From the human T2T-CHM13v2.0 reference genome, Homo sapiens: DNA of 64,000 nt. Under the pieces are notes generated by a model that did no database searches, had not been told where the DNA came from, and worked only from the letters and a program-made list of their open reading frames with translations. Made by a program: the position numbers and the translations under genes. Location of the stretch: assembly GCF_009914755.1 (NCBI RefSeq), contig NC_060946.1, one strand, 5' to 3'. Numbering within the stretch: position 1 is the stretch's first letter; every line of letters starts with the position of its first letter. Of this stretch, positions 1 to 14,179 are shown in pieces.

Positions 1-425
1 GTGGAGTTGATTGGAGTGGATCACAATGCAGTGGAATGGAATGGAATGGAATGGAATGGAATGGAATGGAATGGAAGGGAGTGGAGTGGAGTGGAATGGA
101 GTGGAATGGAATGGAGTGGAGTGGGATGAAATGAAATGGAAAGGAACGGAGTGGAATGCCATGGAAGGGAATGGAATAGAATGGAATGGAATGCAACGGA
201 ATGGAATGGACTGGAGTGGAGTTGAGTGGAGTAGAATGGATAGCAGTGGACTGGAGTGGAGGGGAGTTGAGAGGAGTGGATCAAAGTGCAGTGGAATGGA
301 ATGCAATGGAATGTAATGGAATGAAGTGGAGTCGAATGGAATGGAATGGAGTGGAGTGGAGTAGAGTGGCGTGGAATGGAATGGAGTGCAATGGAATGCA
401 ATGGAATGGAATGGTGAAATGAAAT

Positions 426-490
426 GTGAGCTAAGATTGTGCCACTGCACTCCAGTCTGGGTGACAGAGTGATATCCAGTCGAAACAAAG
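426..490 (+). mobile_element. Alu 3' fragment cassette, type A example
   Basis: gtgagctaagattgtgccactgcactccagtctgggtgacagagtgatatccagtcgaaacaaag, preceded by ggtgaaatgaaat. Confidence 0.9.
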
Positions 491-3400
491 GAATAGAATG
501 AATGGAAAAGAGTAGAATGGAATGGAAAGGAATGGAGTGGAGTGGAATGGAATAGAGTGGAATGTATTGGACTGGAATTGAGTGGAATGCAATGGAATGG
601 AGTGGAATGGAATGCAATGGAGTGGAAGGGAAAGGAGTGCCTTGAAATGGATTGCAATGGAACGGAATGGAAAGGAATGGAAAGGAAAGGAATGGAATGG
701 AATGGAGTGGAGTGGAGTAGATTGGACTGGATTGGAGTGCACTGGAATGGAATGGAATGGAATGGAATAGAACGGAAAGGGAATGGAGTGGAATGGAATG
801 GAGTCGAGTGGAGTGGAATGGATTGGAGTGGACTATAGTGGAATGGAGTGGAATGGAGTGAAATGGAGTGGAGTGGAAATGAGTGGAGTGGAACGGAATG
901 GGGTGGATTGGATCGGAATGGAACAGTACGGAAAGGAACGGAATGGATAGGAGTGGAGTGGAGTGGAGTTGATTGGAGTGGATCAGAGTACAGTGGAATG
1001 GAATGGAATGGAATGGAATGGAATGGAATGGAATGGAAGGGAGTGGAGTGGATTGGAGTTGAGTGGAGTGGAATGGAGTGGAATGGAGTGGAGTGAAATG
1101 GAGTGGAATGGAGTGGAATGGAATGGAGTAGAGTGAGATGAAATGAAATAGAATGGAATGGAATGGAACGGAGTGGAGTGGAATGGACATGAGTGGAGTT
1201 GACTGGAGTGGAACGGAGTGCAGGGGAAAGGAATGGTATAGATTGGAATTGAATGTAATGGAATGGAGTGGAATGGAATACAAAGGAATGGTGTGGAGTG
1301 GTGTGCAGGGGAGTTGAGTGGAGTCGAAAGGAGCGGAGTGGAATGTAGTGGAGTGGAGTGTAATGGAATGGAATGGAGTGGAATGTATTGGAATGGAATG
1401 GTATGTAGTGGAGTGGAACGGAATGGAGTGTAATGGAATGGAATGGAGTTGAGTGAAATGGAATGCAATGGATTGGAATGGAACAGAACGGAGTGAAGTG
1501 GAGTTGAGTGGAGTGGAATGAAAAGGAGTGTAGTAGAATGGGAGGCAATGGAATGGAGTGGAGTGGAGGTGAGTTGCATGGAATGAAGTGCAGTGGAATG
1601 GAGTGGAGTTGAGTGGAATGGAATGGAGTGGAATGGAATAGAATGGAGTGGAGTGGCAAGGAATGCAGTGGAGTCGAGTAGAGTGGAGTGGAAAGGAAAG
1701 GGGTGGAGTAGAATGGAAGGAATGGAAAGGAGTAGAGTGGAGTGGAATGGAATGGAGTGGGGTGGAGAGGAATGGAATGGAGTGGAGTGGAATAGAATGG
1801 AGAAGAATGGAATTGAATGGAGTGGAATGTAATGGAGAAGAATGGAATGGAATGGAATGGAGTGGAATGGAATGAATTGGAGTGGAGTCGAGTGGAGTGG
1901 AATGGAGTGGAATGAAGTGAAACTGAGTGGAGGGAAAAGGAGTGGAGTGTAATGGAATGGAGTGGAATGGAACGGAATGGAATGGAATGGAATGGCATGG
2001 AGCAGAGTGGAGTGGAGTTGAATGGATTGGGTCGGAGTGCAGTGGAACGGAATGGAATGGAGTGGAATGGAGAGGAGTGGAGTGTAGGGGAATGAAGTTG
2101 AGTGGAGTTGAGTGGAGTGGAGTGAAGTGGAATGGAATGGAATGGAATGGAATGGAACGGAATGGAATGGAACAGAATGGAGTGGAGTGAAGTAGAGTGG
2201 ACTGGAGTGCAGTGATTGGAGTGCAGTAGAATGGAGTGCAATGGAATGGAATGGAATGGAGTGGAGAGAAATGGAATGGAAAGGAAAGGAGTGGAGTGGA
2301 GTGGTGTGGAGTGGAAATGAGTGGAATGGAGTGAATTGGAGTGGAGTGGAATGAAGTGGGGTGGAATGGAATAGAACGGCATGGAACGGAAAGGAAGGGA
2401 GTTGAATATAATGGAACAGAATGGAATGGATCAGAATGGAACAGAGTGCAGTGGAGTGGAGTGGATCGGAGAGCAGTGGAATGGATTGGAATGGAATAGA
2501 ATGTATTGGACTGGAGTGGAGTGGAGTGGAATGGAGTGCAAAGTAATGGAAAGGAATGGAGTGGAATGGTGTGTAATGGAGTGTAATGGAGTGGAGTGGA
2601 ATAGAATGGAGTGCAGTGGAATGGAACTTAATGGAATGGAATGGAATGGAATGTGAAGGAATAGAATGGAATGGAATTGAGAGGAGTGGAGTTTAGCAGA
2701 GTGGAGTGAGTTGGAATGGAAAGCAGTGCAGTGGAATGTAATGGAATGGAAAGTAATGGAATAGAATGGAGTGGAGAGGAGTGGAACAGAATGGAGTGGA
2801 ACGGAATGGAGTGGAGTGGAATGGAAAGCAGTGCAGTGGAGTTGAACTGAGTGGAGTGGAGTGGAGTGGAGTGGAATCGAATGGAGTGGAGTGGAGTGGA
2901 TTGGAATGGAATGGAAAGGAATGGAATGCAATAGAGTGGAATGGTGAAATGAAATGGGAGATAAGATTGCGCCACTGCACTCCAGTCAGGGTGAGAGTGA
3001 GATCCAGTCGAAATGAAGGAATGGAATGGAATGGAATGGAGTAGAATGGAATGGAGTAGAATGGAATGGAGTGGAGTGGAGTGGAGTGGAGTGGAATGGA
3101 ATGGAGTGGAATGGAGTGGAATGGTGTGAAATGGAATGGAGTTGACTGAAGTAGAAAGGAATGGAATGGAATGGAATGCAATGGAGTTGAACGGAATTGA
3201 ATGGAGAGTAACGGAATGAAGTGGAGTAGTGTGGAGTTGAGTGGAATGAAATGGAGAGGAGTGGAGTGGAGTGGAGTGGAATGTAATGGAATTTAATGGA
3301 ATGGAATGGAAGGGAAAGGAATTGAATGGAATGGAATGGAGTGGAGTGGAGTGAAATGGAATGGAAAGGAGTGGAGTGGAGTAGTATGCAGTGGAGTGGA

Positions 3401-6400
3401 GGTGAATGGAATGGAGTGGAATATAATGGACTGGAGTGGAATGGAATAGAATGGAATGGAAATAAACGGAAAGGAAAGGAACAGAATGGAATGGAATGGA
3501 GTGGAGTGCAGTAGAGTGGAGTGGAGTTGAGTGGTGTGGATCAGAGTTCAGTGCAATGGAATGGAATGGAATGTAGTGGAATGGAGTGAGTAAAGTGGAG
3601 TGGAATGAAATGGAGTGGAGTGGAGTGGAATGTAATGGAATTTAATGGAATGGAATGGAAGGGAAAGGAATGGAATGGATTGGAATGGAGTGGAGTGGAG
3701 TGAAATGGAATGGAATGGAGTGGAGTGGAGTAGTATGCACTGGAGTGGAGGTGAATGGAATGGAATGGAATATAATGGACTGGAGTGGAATGGAATGGAG
3801 TGGAATGGAAATGAACGAAACGGAATGGAATGGAGTGGAGTGGAGTGAAACAGAATGGAATGGAGTGGAGTGGAGTAGTACGGAGTGGAGTGGAGGTGAA
3901 TGGAATGGAGTGGAATATAATGGACTGGAGTGGAATGGAATGGAGTGGAATGGAAATGAATGGAATGGAAAGGAATGGAACGGAACGGAATGGAATGGAG
4001 TGGAGTGCAGTAGAGTGGAGTGGAGTGCAGTAGAGTGGAGTGGAGTTGAGTGGTGTGGATCAGAGTTCAGTGCAATGGAATGGAATGGAATGTAGTGGAA
4101 TGGAGTGAGTAAAGTGGAGTGGAGTGGAATGGAGTGGAATGGAGTGGAATGAAATGAAGTAGAGTGGAATGGAATGGAATGGAATAGAATGGAATGGACT
4201 GGAGTGGAATGTAATGGAATGGAAAGGAATGGAACGGAGTGGAGTGGTGTGGAGTGGAGTGGAGTTGGCTAGAGTTTATCGGAGTGCAGTGGAATGGAAT
4301 GGATTGGAGTGGAATGGAGTGGAGTGGAATGGAGTGGAATAGAATGGAATGGAGTGGAATCTAATTCAGTGGAGTGAAATAGAATGAAAGGAAATGGTAT
4401 GTAATTCAGTGGAATGGAATAGAAAGGAACGGAAAGTAACGGAGTGGAGTGGAGGGGAGTGGAGTCGATTCAAGTGGTTCGCAGTGCAGTGGAATGGAGT
4501 GGAACGGAATGGAATAGAGTAGAATGGAGTGGAGTGGAATGGAGTGGAGTGGAGTGGAAAGGAGTGGAGTGGAATGGAGTGCAGTGAAATGGAATGGAAA
4601 GGAAAGGAATGGAATGAAATGGAACGGAATGGAATGGAACGGAATGGAACGGAGTGGAGTGGAGTTGAGTGGAGGGGATTGGAGGGCAGTGGAATGGCAT
4701 GGAATGGAATAGAATGGAATAGAATGGAATGGAATGGAATGGAATGGAATGGAATGGAGTGGAGTGGAGTGGAATGGAATGGAGTGGAGTGGAGTGGAAT
4801 GGAATGGAATGAAATGAAATGGAATGGATTGGAAAGAAATGGAATGAAGTGGAGAGGAGTGAAATGAAATTGAATGGAGTGGAGAGGAGTAGAATGGAGG
4901 GGAGTGGAGTGGAATGGAAAGGAGTGGAGTTGAGTGGAGTGGAATGGAGTGGAATGGAATAGAATGGGGTGGAGTGGAATAGAATGGAGTGGAACAGGAT
5001 GGAACAGAAAGGAACAAAATGGAGTGGAACAGACTGAAATGGAGTGGAGCGGAGTTGAGTGGAGTGGATCGGAGTGCAGTGGAATGGAATGGATTGGAGT
5101 GGAATGGAGAGGAGTGGAGTGGTGTGGAGTGGAAAGGAGTGGAATGGAATGGAGTGGAGTGGAATGGAATGGAATGGAAAGGAATGGAATGAAATAGAAC
5201 GGAATGGAATGGAAGTGAATGGAATGCAGTGGAGTGGATTTGAGTGGAATGGATCAGAGTGCAGAAGAATGGAATGGAAAGGAAAGGAATGGAATGGAAT
5301 GGAATGGAATGGAATGGAGTGGATTGGAATTGAATGGAAAGGAAAGGAGTTGAGTGGAGTGTTGTGGAGTTGAACAGAGAGAAATGGAGTGAAATGGAGT
5401 GGAGTGGAATGGAGATAGGAATGGAGTGGAGTGGAATGGAACACAATGGAACAGAATGGAATGGGACAGAATGGAATACAGTGGAGCGGAGTGGAGTCGA
5501 ATGGAGTGGAATGCAGTGGAGTGGAGTAGAGTGGAGTGGAGTGGAAAGGAATGGAATGGAGTGGAGTGGAAGGGATGGAATGGAGTGGAATGGAATGGAA
5601 TGGAGTGTAGTGGAATGGAAGGAAATAGAATGGAACGGAGAAGAACGGAGTGGAGTGGCATGTAGGTAAATGGATTGGAGTGGAATGTAGTGGAATGGAA
5701 TGGAATCGAATGGAATCGAATGGAATAGAGTGGAATGGAATGAAATGGAATGGAGTGGAATGGAATGGAATGGAATGGCGAAAGGAAATGTGAGCTAAGA
5801 ATGTGCCACCACACTCCAGTCTGGGTGAGAGAGTGAGAACCAGTAGAATTAAACGAATGAAATGGAATGGAGGACAATGGAATGGAATAGAGTGGAATGG
5901 AATGGAATGGAGTGGAATAGACTGGAGTGGAGTGGAATGGAGTGGAGTGGAATGGACTGGAATGGAGTGGAATGCAGTGGTATGGAGTGGAATGGAGAGC
6001 AGTGGAATGGAATGGAGTGGAATGTAATGGAACAGAATGAAACGGAACGGAATGGAGTGGAGTGGAATGGAATGGAATGAAATGGAATGGAATGGAATGG
6101 AATTGTGAAATGAAATGTGAGCCAAGATTGCGCCACTGCACTCAAGTCTGGGTTACAGAGTGAGATCCAGTCGATATAAAGGAATGGAATGGAATGGAGT
6201 GGACTGGATTGGAATGGAGTGGAATGCAGTGGAGAGGAGTGGAATGGGGTAGAGTGGAATGGAGTGGAGTGGAATGGAGTTGAATGGAGTGGAATGAAAT
6301 GGAATGGAGCGGAATGGAGTGGAAGGGACTGGAGTGGAATGGAGTTGAATGGAGTGGAAACAAATGGAATTGAGTGGAGTGGAATGGAGTGGAATGGACT

Positions 6401-9215
6401 GGAGTGGAATGGAGTGGAAAGCAGTGGAATGGAATCAAAAGGAGTGTAGTGGCGTGGAATGGAATGGACTGGAATGGAAGAAAACGGAAAGGAATGGAAT
6501 GGAAAGAAGTTGAGTGGAGTGGCCTGGAGAGGAATTGAGTGGAGTTGATCGGAGTGCAGTGGAAATGAATGGAATTTAGTGGAAAGAAGTGGAGTGGAGT
6601 GGAGTCAAGTGGAATGGAGTGGAATGGACTGGAATGTAGTGGAGTGGAATTGAGTGTAGTGGAATGTATCGGAATGGAATGGAACAGAACGGAACAGAAC
6701 GAAACGTAATGGAATGGAACGTAATGGAGTGGAGTAGAGTGGAGAGTATCGGAGTTCAGTGGAATGGAATGGAAAGGAGTGGAGTGGAGTGGAGTTTAAT
6801 GGAGTGGAGTGGAGTTGAATAGAGTGGAATGTTGTGTAATGGAGTGGGGTTGAATGGGATGGAGTGGAGTGGAATGGAATGGAATGGAACAGAATGGTGA
6901 AATGAAATGTGAGCTAAGATTGTGCAATTGCATTCCACTCTGTTTGACACAGTGAGATTCACTTGAAATAAAGGAATTGAATTGAATGGAGTAGAATGGA
7001 ATGGAATGGAGTGGAGTGGAATGGAATGGAAAGGAGTGGAGTGGAATGGAATGGAATGGAGTGGAATGGAATGGAATGGAGTGGAATGGAAATGAAAGGA
7101 GTGGAACGGAAAGGAGTGGAGTGGAACGGTGTGGAATGGAATTGATTGGAGTGGAATGGAATGGAATGGAACAGAATGGAATGGAATGCAACGGAATGGA
7201 ATTGAAGGGAACGGAATGGAGTGTAGTGTAGTGGAGTTGAGTTGAAAGGATCAGAGTGCAGTGGAATGGACTCGAATGAAATGGAATTTAGTGGAATGGA
7301 ATGGATTAGAGTGGAATGGAATGGAATGGAGTGGAGTGCAGAGGAGTGGAGTGGAGTGGAATGGAATGGAATGGAATGGAATGGAGTGGAATGGAATGGA
7401 AAGGGTTGGAATGGAATGGAGTGGAGCGGAGCGGAGAGGAGTGCAGTGGAATGGAGTGGAATGGAGTGAAATGAAGTGGAGTGAAATTGAGTGGAGTGGA
7501 ATGGAATGAAGTGGAATGGAATGGAATGGAATGGATCAGAATGGAACAGAGTGGGGTGGAGTGGTGTGGAGTGGAGTTGAGTGGAGTGGAACGAAATGCA
7601 GTGTAATGGAATGGAATGGAATGCAGTGGAGTGGAGTGGAGTGTGGTGGAGTGGAGTGGAATGGTTTGGAATGGAATGGATTGGAGTGGAATGGAATGGA
7701 ATGCAACAGAATGGAATTGAGTGGAAATGAATGGAGTGGACTCCAGTGGAGTGGAGTTGAGTCGAGTGGATCGGAGTGCAGTGGAATGGAATGGAATGGA
7801 ATGGAGTGGATTTGAATGGAAAGGGGTGGAATTGAATGGAATGGAGTGGAGAGGAGTGGAGCGCAGTAGAATGTAGTGGAATGGAATGAAATGGATTGGA
7901 GTGGAATGAAACGGAATGGAATGGAGTGGTGTGTATTATAATGGCATGGAGTGGACTGGAGTGGAACGGAGAGGAGTGGAGTGGAATGTAACAGACTGTA
8001 ATGGAATGGAGTGGAGTGGACTGGAATGCAGTGGAGTGCAGTGGAGTGGAGTGGAGCTGAGTGGAGTGCAGTGGAATGGAATGGAAAGGAGTGAAGTGGA
8101 ATGGAATGGAAAGGATTAGAATGGAATAGAATGCAATAGAATGGAAAGGTAACATGAAATGTGAGCAAAGATTGTGCCACTGCACTCCAGTCTGGGTGAC
8201 AAGGTGAGATCCAGTCGAAATAAAGGAATGGAATGGAATGGATTAAAATGGAATGGAATGCATTGGAGTGGAATGGAATGGAGTGAAATGGAGTTTAGTG
8301 GAGAGGAATGGAGTGGAGTGTAATGAAATGTAGTTGAATAGAGTGGAATGGAGTGGAATGGAATGGAGTGGAGTGTAATGGAGTGGAGTGGAGAGAACTG
8401 CACTGGAGTGGATTAGAATGAAGTGGAATGGACTGGAAAGGAATGGAATGGAATGGAGTCTAATGGAATGGAGTGGAGTGGAGTGGAGTGGATTGGAGTG
8501 GAATGGAATGTCATGGAGTGAAATGGGGAGGAATGGAACAGAAAGGAATGGAACGGAATGGCAAGGAATGGAACGGAGAGGAGTGGAATGGAGTGGAGTA
8601 GACTGGAATGCAGTGGACTGCAGTGCAGTGCAGTGGTGTTTAGTGTAGTGGAGTGGAATGGAATGGAATGGAGTGGAGTGGAGTGGAGTGGAGTGAAATG
8701 GAATGGAACGGAATGGAATGGAATGGAACGGATTGGAATGAAGACATGAAATGTGAGCTAAGTTTGTGCAACTGCACTCTATTTTGGGTGGCAGAGTGAG
8801 ATCCAGTCGAAATAAAGGAATGGAATGCAATGGAATAAAATGTAATGGAATAGAGTGGAGTGGAATGGAATGGAGTGGAATAGAGTGGGGTGGAGTGGAA
8901 AGGAGTGGAGTGGAATGTAGTGGAGTTGAATGGAATGGAATGAAGTGGAATGGAATGGAATGGAATGGAATGGAGTGTAATGGAGAGGAGTGGAATGGAA
9001 TGGAGTGCAGTGGAATGGAGTGGATTGGAATGGAGAGGAATGGGGTAGAATGGAATGGAATGGAATGGAATGGAGTGGAATAGAATGGAAGAGAGTGGAA
9101 TGGAAAAGCGTGGAGTGGAGTGGATTGGAGTGGAATGGAATGGAAAGGAATGGAAGGGAAAGGAATGGAATGGAATGGAATGGAATGGAATGGAATGGAA
9201 TGGAATGGAATGGAG

Positions 9216-9420
9216 TGGAGTGGAGTGGAGTGGAGTGGATTGGATTGGAGTTTAGTGGAGTGGAGTGGAGTTCAATGGAGTTGAATGGAATGGAGTGGCG
9301 TGGAATGGAATGGAATGGAATGGAGTGGAGTGGAGTGGAGTGGATTGGATTGGAGTTTAGTGGAGTGGAGTGGAGTTCAATGGAGTTGAATGGAATGGAG
9401 TGGCGTGGAATGGAATGGAA
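9216..9420 (+). repeat. ~105-bp tandem duplication within HSat3
   Basis: ggattggattggagtttagtggagtggagtggagttcaatggagttgaatggaatggagtggcgtgg occurs twice (tttag at 9251 and 9356). Confidence 0.85.
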
Positions 9421-11220
9421 TTGAACGGAATGGAGTGGAATGGAATGGAATGGAGAATAGTGGAGTGGAGTGGAGGGCAGATGAGTGGAGTGGATAGGAG
9501 TGCAGTGGAATGGAATGGAATGGAATGGAATGGAATGGAATGGAATAGAATGGAAAGGAGTGGTGTGGCAATGAATCGAATGGAATGAAGTGGAGTGGAG
9601 TGGAGTTGAGTGGAGTGGATCAGAGTGCAGTGGAATGGAATGGATTGGAGTGGAGTGGAGTGGAATGGAATGGAATGGAATGGAATAAAATTGAGTGGAG
9701 TGGAGTGGAGTGGAGTAGCGTGGAGTGGAATGGAGTTGAATGGAATGGAATTGAGTGGAGTGGAATGAAATTGAGTGGAATGGAGTGGAGTGGAGAGGAT
9801 TGGAGTGGAATGAAATTGAATGGAGTAGAGTGGATTGGAAGGGAATGAAATTGAATGGACTAGAGTGGATTGGAAGGGAATGCAATGGAATGGAATGGAA
9901 TGGAATGGATTGGAATGGAATGGAATGGATTGGAGTGGATTGGAGTGGAATTGAGTGGAGTGGAGTGGAATGGATTGGAGTGGATTCGAATGGAGTGGTA
10001 TGGAGTGGAATGGAATGGAGTAGAGGGTAGTGAAATGGAGTGGAGTGGATTGGAGTGGATTCCAGTGGACTGGAGTGGAATGCAGAGAAGTGGAATGAAG
10101 TGGAGTGGAATGGAGTGGAAGAGAGTGGAATGGAATGGAAAGGAATGGAATGAAATGGAATGGAACGGAATGGAATTGTGAAATGAAATGTGAGCTACGA
10201 TTGTGCCACTGCACTCCAGTTTGAGTGACAGAGTGACATCTAGTGGAAATAAAGGAGTGGAATGGAACGGAGTAGAATGTAATGAAGTGGAGTGAAATGG
10301 AATGGAGTGATATGGAGTGGAGTGGAGTGGAGTGGAGTGGAATAGAGTGGAGTGGAATGGAGTGCAATGGAAAGGAACGGAATGGAGTGGAATGGAACAG
10401 AACGAAAGGGAATGGAATGGAACAGAATGGAACGGAGTGGAGTGGACTGGAGGGGATCGGAGTGGAATGGAGTGCAGTGGAGTGGAGAGGAGTGGAGTTG
10501 AGTGGAGTCGATTGGAGTGAGTTGGAGTGGAGTGGAGTGCTACGGCATTGTACGGAGTCAAGTGGCGTGGAATGGAATGGAATTGTACGGATTGGAATGG
10601 AATGGAACGGAATGGAATCGAACGGAATGGAATGGGGAGGAGTGGAGTGGAGTTTAGCGGAGCTAATCGGAGTGCAGTGGAAAGGAAGGGAATGGAAATA
10701 AATTGAATGGAAAGCAGTGGGGTGGCATTGAATTGAATGCAATGCAGTGAAGTGGACTGGAATTCAGTGGAGTGAATGGGAGTTGCAGTGGAATGGAATG
10801 GAATGGAAGGGAGTGGAATGGAGTGTAGTGTAGTGGAATGGAGTGGAGTGGATTCGAGTGGAGTGGAGTGGAGTTTACTGGAGTGGAGTGTAATGGAGTG
10901 GAATGGAATGCAGTGGAATGGAATGGAATGGAATGGAAAGGAATGGAATGGAATGCAATGGGATGAAACAGAGCAGAATGGAGTGGAGTGGATTTGAGTG
11001 GAGTGGATTGGAGTGCAGTGGAGTGGCATGGAATGGAATGGAATTGAAAGGAATGGAATGGAATGGAGTGCAGTGCAATGAAATGGAATGTAATGGAGTG
11101 GAGTGAAGTGGAAATGAATGAAGTGGAATTTAGTAAAATGGAGTGGAGTGGAGTGGAGTGGAATGGAATGGAGTGGAATGGAATAAAGTTGAGTGGAAGG
11201 GAATGGAATGGAATGGAATG

Positions 11221-11660
11221 GAAAGGAACAGAATGGAACGTAACGGAATGGAACTGAGTGGAGTGGAGTGGAGTTGAGTGGAGTGGAATGTAATTGAATC
11301 TAGTGGAATGCAATGGAATGGAGTGGAATGAAATGGAATGGTGTGGAATGGAATGCAATGGAGTGGTGTGGAATGTAATGGAATTTAGTGCAATGGAATG
11401 GAAAGGAGTGGAATGAAATGGAATGGAATGGAATGGAATGGAAAGGAACAGAATGGAACGTAACGGAATGGAACTGAGTGGAGTGGAGTGGAGTTGAGTG
11501 GAGTGGAATGTAATTGAATCTAGTGGAATGCAATGGAATGGAGTGGAATGAAATGGAATGGTGTGGAATGGAATGCAATGGAGTGGTGTGGAATGTAATG
11601 GAATTTAGTGCAATGGAATGGAAAGGAGTGGAATGAAATGGAATGGAATGGAATGGAATG
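11221..11660 (+). repeat. Perfect 220-bp tandem duplication
   Basis: 11221-11440 reads identical to 11441-11660 (gaaaggaacagaatggaacgtaacgg...taattgaatctagtgg...gaatttagtgcaatgg). Confidence 0.9.
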
Positions 11661-14179
11661 CAATGGAACGGAGTGGAGTGCAGTTGAGTGGAGTGGATTG
11701 GAGGACAGTGGAATGGAACAAAATGGAATGGAATGGAATGGAGTGCAATCAAATGGAATGGAATGCAGTGGAGATGAATGGCATGGAGTGGAGTGGAAAA
11801 GAATGGAATGGAATGGAATGGAGTGAAGTGGACTGGAGTGGAATGGAGTTAAGTTGAGTGGAGTGGAATGGAGTGGAATGCAGTGGAATGCAGTGGAGTA
11901 GAATGGAATGGAGTGGAACATAATGGAATGGAAGGCAACAGAACGGAGTGGAACGGACGTGAATGGAGTGGAGTGGAGTTAATTGGAGTGCATCAGAGTG
12001 CAGTGGAATGGAACTGATTATAGTGGAATGGAGTGGAGTGGAGTGGAATGGAATGGAGTGGAATGTAGTGGAGTGGTATGGAATGGAATTAATTGGAACA
12101 GAATGGAATGCAATGGAATGGAATGGAAGGGAACAGAGTGGAGTGGAGTGGAGTTGAGTGCAGTGGATCTGAGTGCAGAGGAATTAAATGGAATGGAGTG
12201 GAGTGGAATGGAGTTGAGTGCAGTGGATCTGAGTGCAGTGGAAGGAAATGGAATGGAATGGAATGGAAAGGAGTGGAGAGGAATTGAATGGAAAGGAATG
12301 GAGTTGAGAGGAGTGGTGTGGAATGAAATGGATTGTAATGGAGTGAAATGGAGTGGAGTGGAATGGAGAGGAGAGGAATGGAATGGAGTTGAATGGAATG
12401 GAAAAGAAGAGAATGGAATAGGAAGGAATGGAACAGAGTTGAAGGGAGTCGAGTGGAATGGAAAGCAGTGGAGTGGAGTGGAGTAGAATGGAATGGAGTG
12501 GAATGGAATGCCATGGAGTGGAATAGAATGGAATGGAACGGAATGGAATGGAATGGAACGGAACAGAATGGAACAAAACAGAATGGAGTGTTGTGGAGTC
12601 GAATGGAATGAAGTTGTGTGGAGTTAATGGGAGTGCAGTGGAATGGAATGGCATGGAATTGAAGGGCATGGAATGGAATGGAATGGAATGGAGTGGAGTG
12701 AAGTGGAAGGGAATAGAACGGAATGGTATGGAATGGAATGGAATGGAATGCAATGGAGTGGAGGGAAGTGGAAGGGAATAGAACAGAATGGTATGTAATG
12801 GAATGGAATGGAGTGGAGTGGAGTGGAATGGAATGGAATAGAGTGGAGTGGAGTACAGTGGAATGGAATGGATTGGAGTGGAATGGAATGGAATAGAGTG
12901 GAGTGGAGTGCAGTGGAATGGAATGGACTGGAGTGGAATAGAATGGAATGGAGTGGAGTGGAGAATGGATTAGAGTGGAGTGTAATGGAATGGAGTAGAA
13001 TGGAATGGGGGGAGTGGAAAACAATGGAATGGAGTGGAGTAGAGTGGAGTGGAGTGGAATGGAGTGGAATGGAGAGGAATGGAATTTAGTGGAAATGAAT
13101 GGAATGGAGTGGTATGGAATGGAGTGAAGTTCAGTGGAGTGGAGTGGAGTGAAGTAGAGTGGAGTGGAGTCGAATGGAGTTTAGTGGAATGAAATGGAGT
13201 GGAATGGAGTGGAGGGGAGTAGAACGGAGTGGAGTGGAGTTTAATAGAATGGAATTGTGTAGAATGGAGTGGAGTGGAATGGAATGGAGTTAAGATGAGT
13301 GGAGTGGAATGGAGTGGAATGGAGTGTAAAACAGTGCAGTGGAATGGAATGGAGTGCAACTTAATGGAACGGAAGGGAACAGAATGGAGTGGAACGGACG
13401 TGAATGCAGTGGAGTGGAGTTGATTGGAGTGGATCAGAGTGCAGGGGAATGGAATTGATTGGAGTGGAATGGAGTGAAGTGGAGTGGAATGGAATGCAGT
13501 GGAATGCAGTGGAGTGGAATGGAATGGAATTAATTGGAATGCAATGGAATGGAATGGAATGGAATGGAATGGAATGGAATGGAACGGAACAGAGTGGAGT
13601 GGAGTGGAGTGGGGTGGAGTTGAGTGCCGTGGATCTGAGTACAGTGGAATTGAATGGAATGGAACGGAAAGGAGTGGAGAGGAATTGAATGGAAAGGAGT
13701 GCAGTTGAGTGCAGTGCTGTGGAGTGAAATGGATTGTAATGGAGTGAAATGGAGTGGAGTGGAATGGAGAGGAGAGGAATGGAATGGAGTGGAAAGGAAT
13801 GGAAAGGAAGAGAATGGAACAGGACGGAATGGAACAGAGTTGAGGGGAGTCGAGTGGAATGGAAAGCAGGTGAGTGGAATGGAAAGCACTGGAGTGGAGT
13901 GGAGTGGAGTAGAATGGAATGGAGTGGAATGGAAGGCAGTGGAGTGGAAAAGAATGGAATGGAATGGAATGGAATGGAATGGAATGGAACAGAATAGAGT
14001 GGAACGGAACAGAACGGAGTGTTGTGGAATGGAATGGAATGGAGTTGTGTGGAGTTAATCGGAGTGTAGTGGAATGGAATGAAATGGAATGGAATGGAAT
14101 GTCATGGCATGAAATGGAATGGAATGGAGTGGAGTGAAGTGGAATGGAATGGAACAGAATGGCATAATGGAATGGAATG

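Noticed and set aside
413-431. Leader GGTGAAATGAAAT as eroded Alu sequence (same spacing as GGCGGAGGTTGCA before GTGAGC)
   Set aside because: Only about 1 of the 9 intervening bases matches; better explained as GAAAT satellite pentamers.
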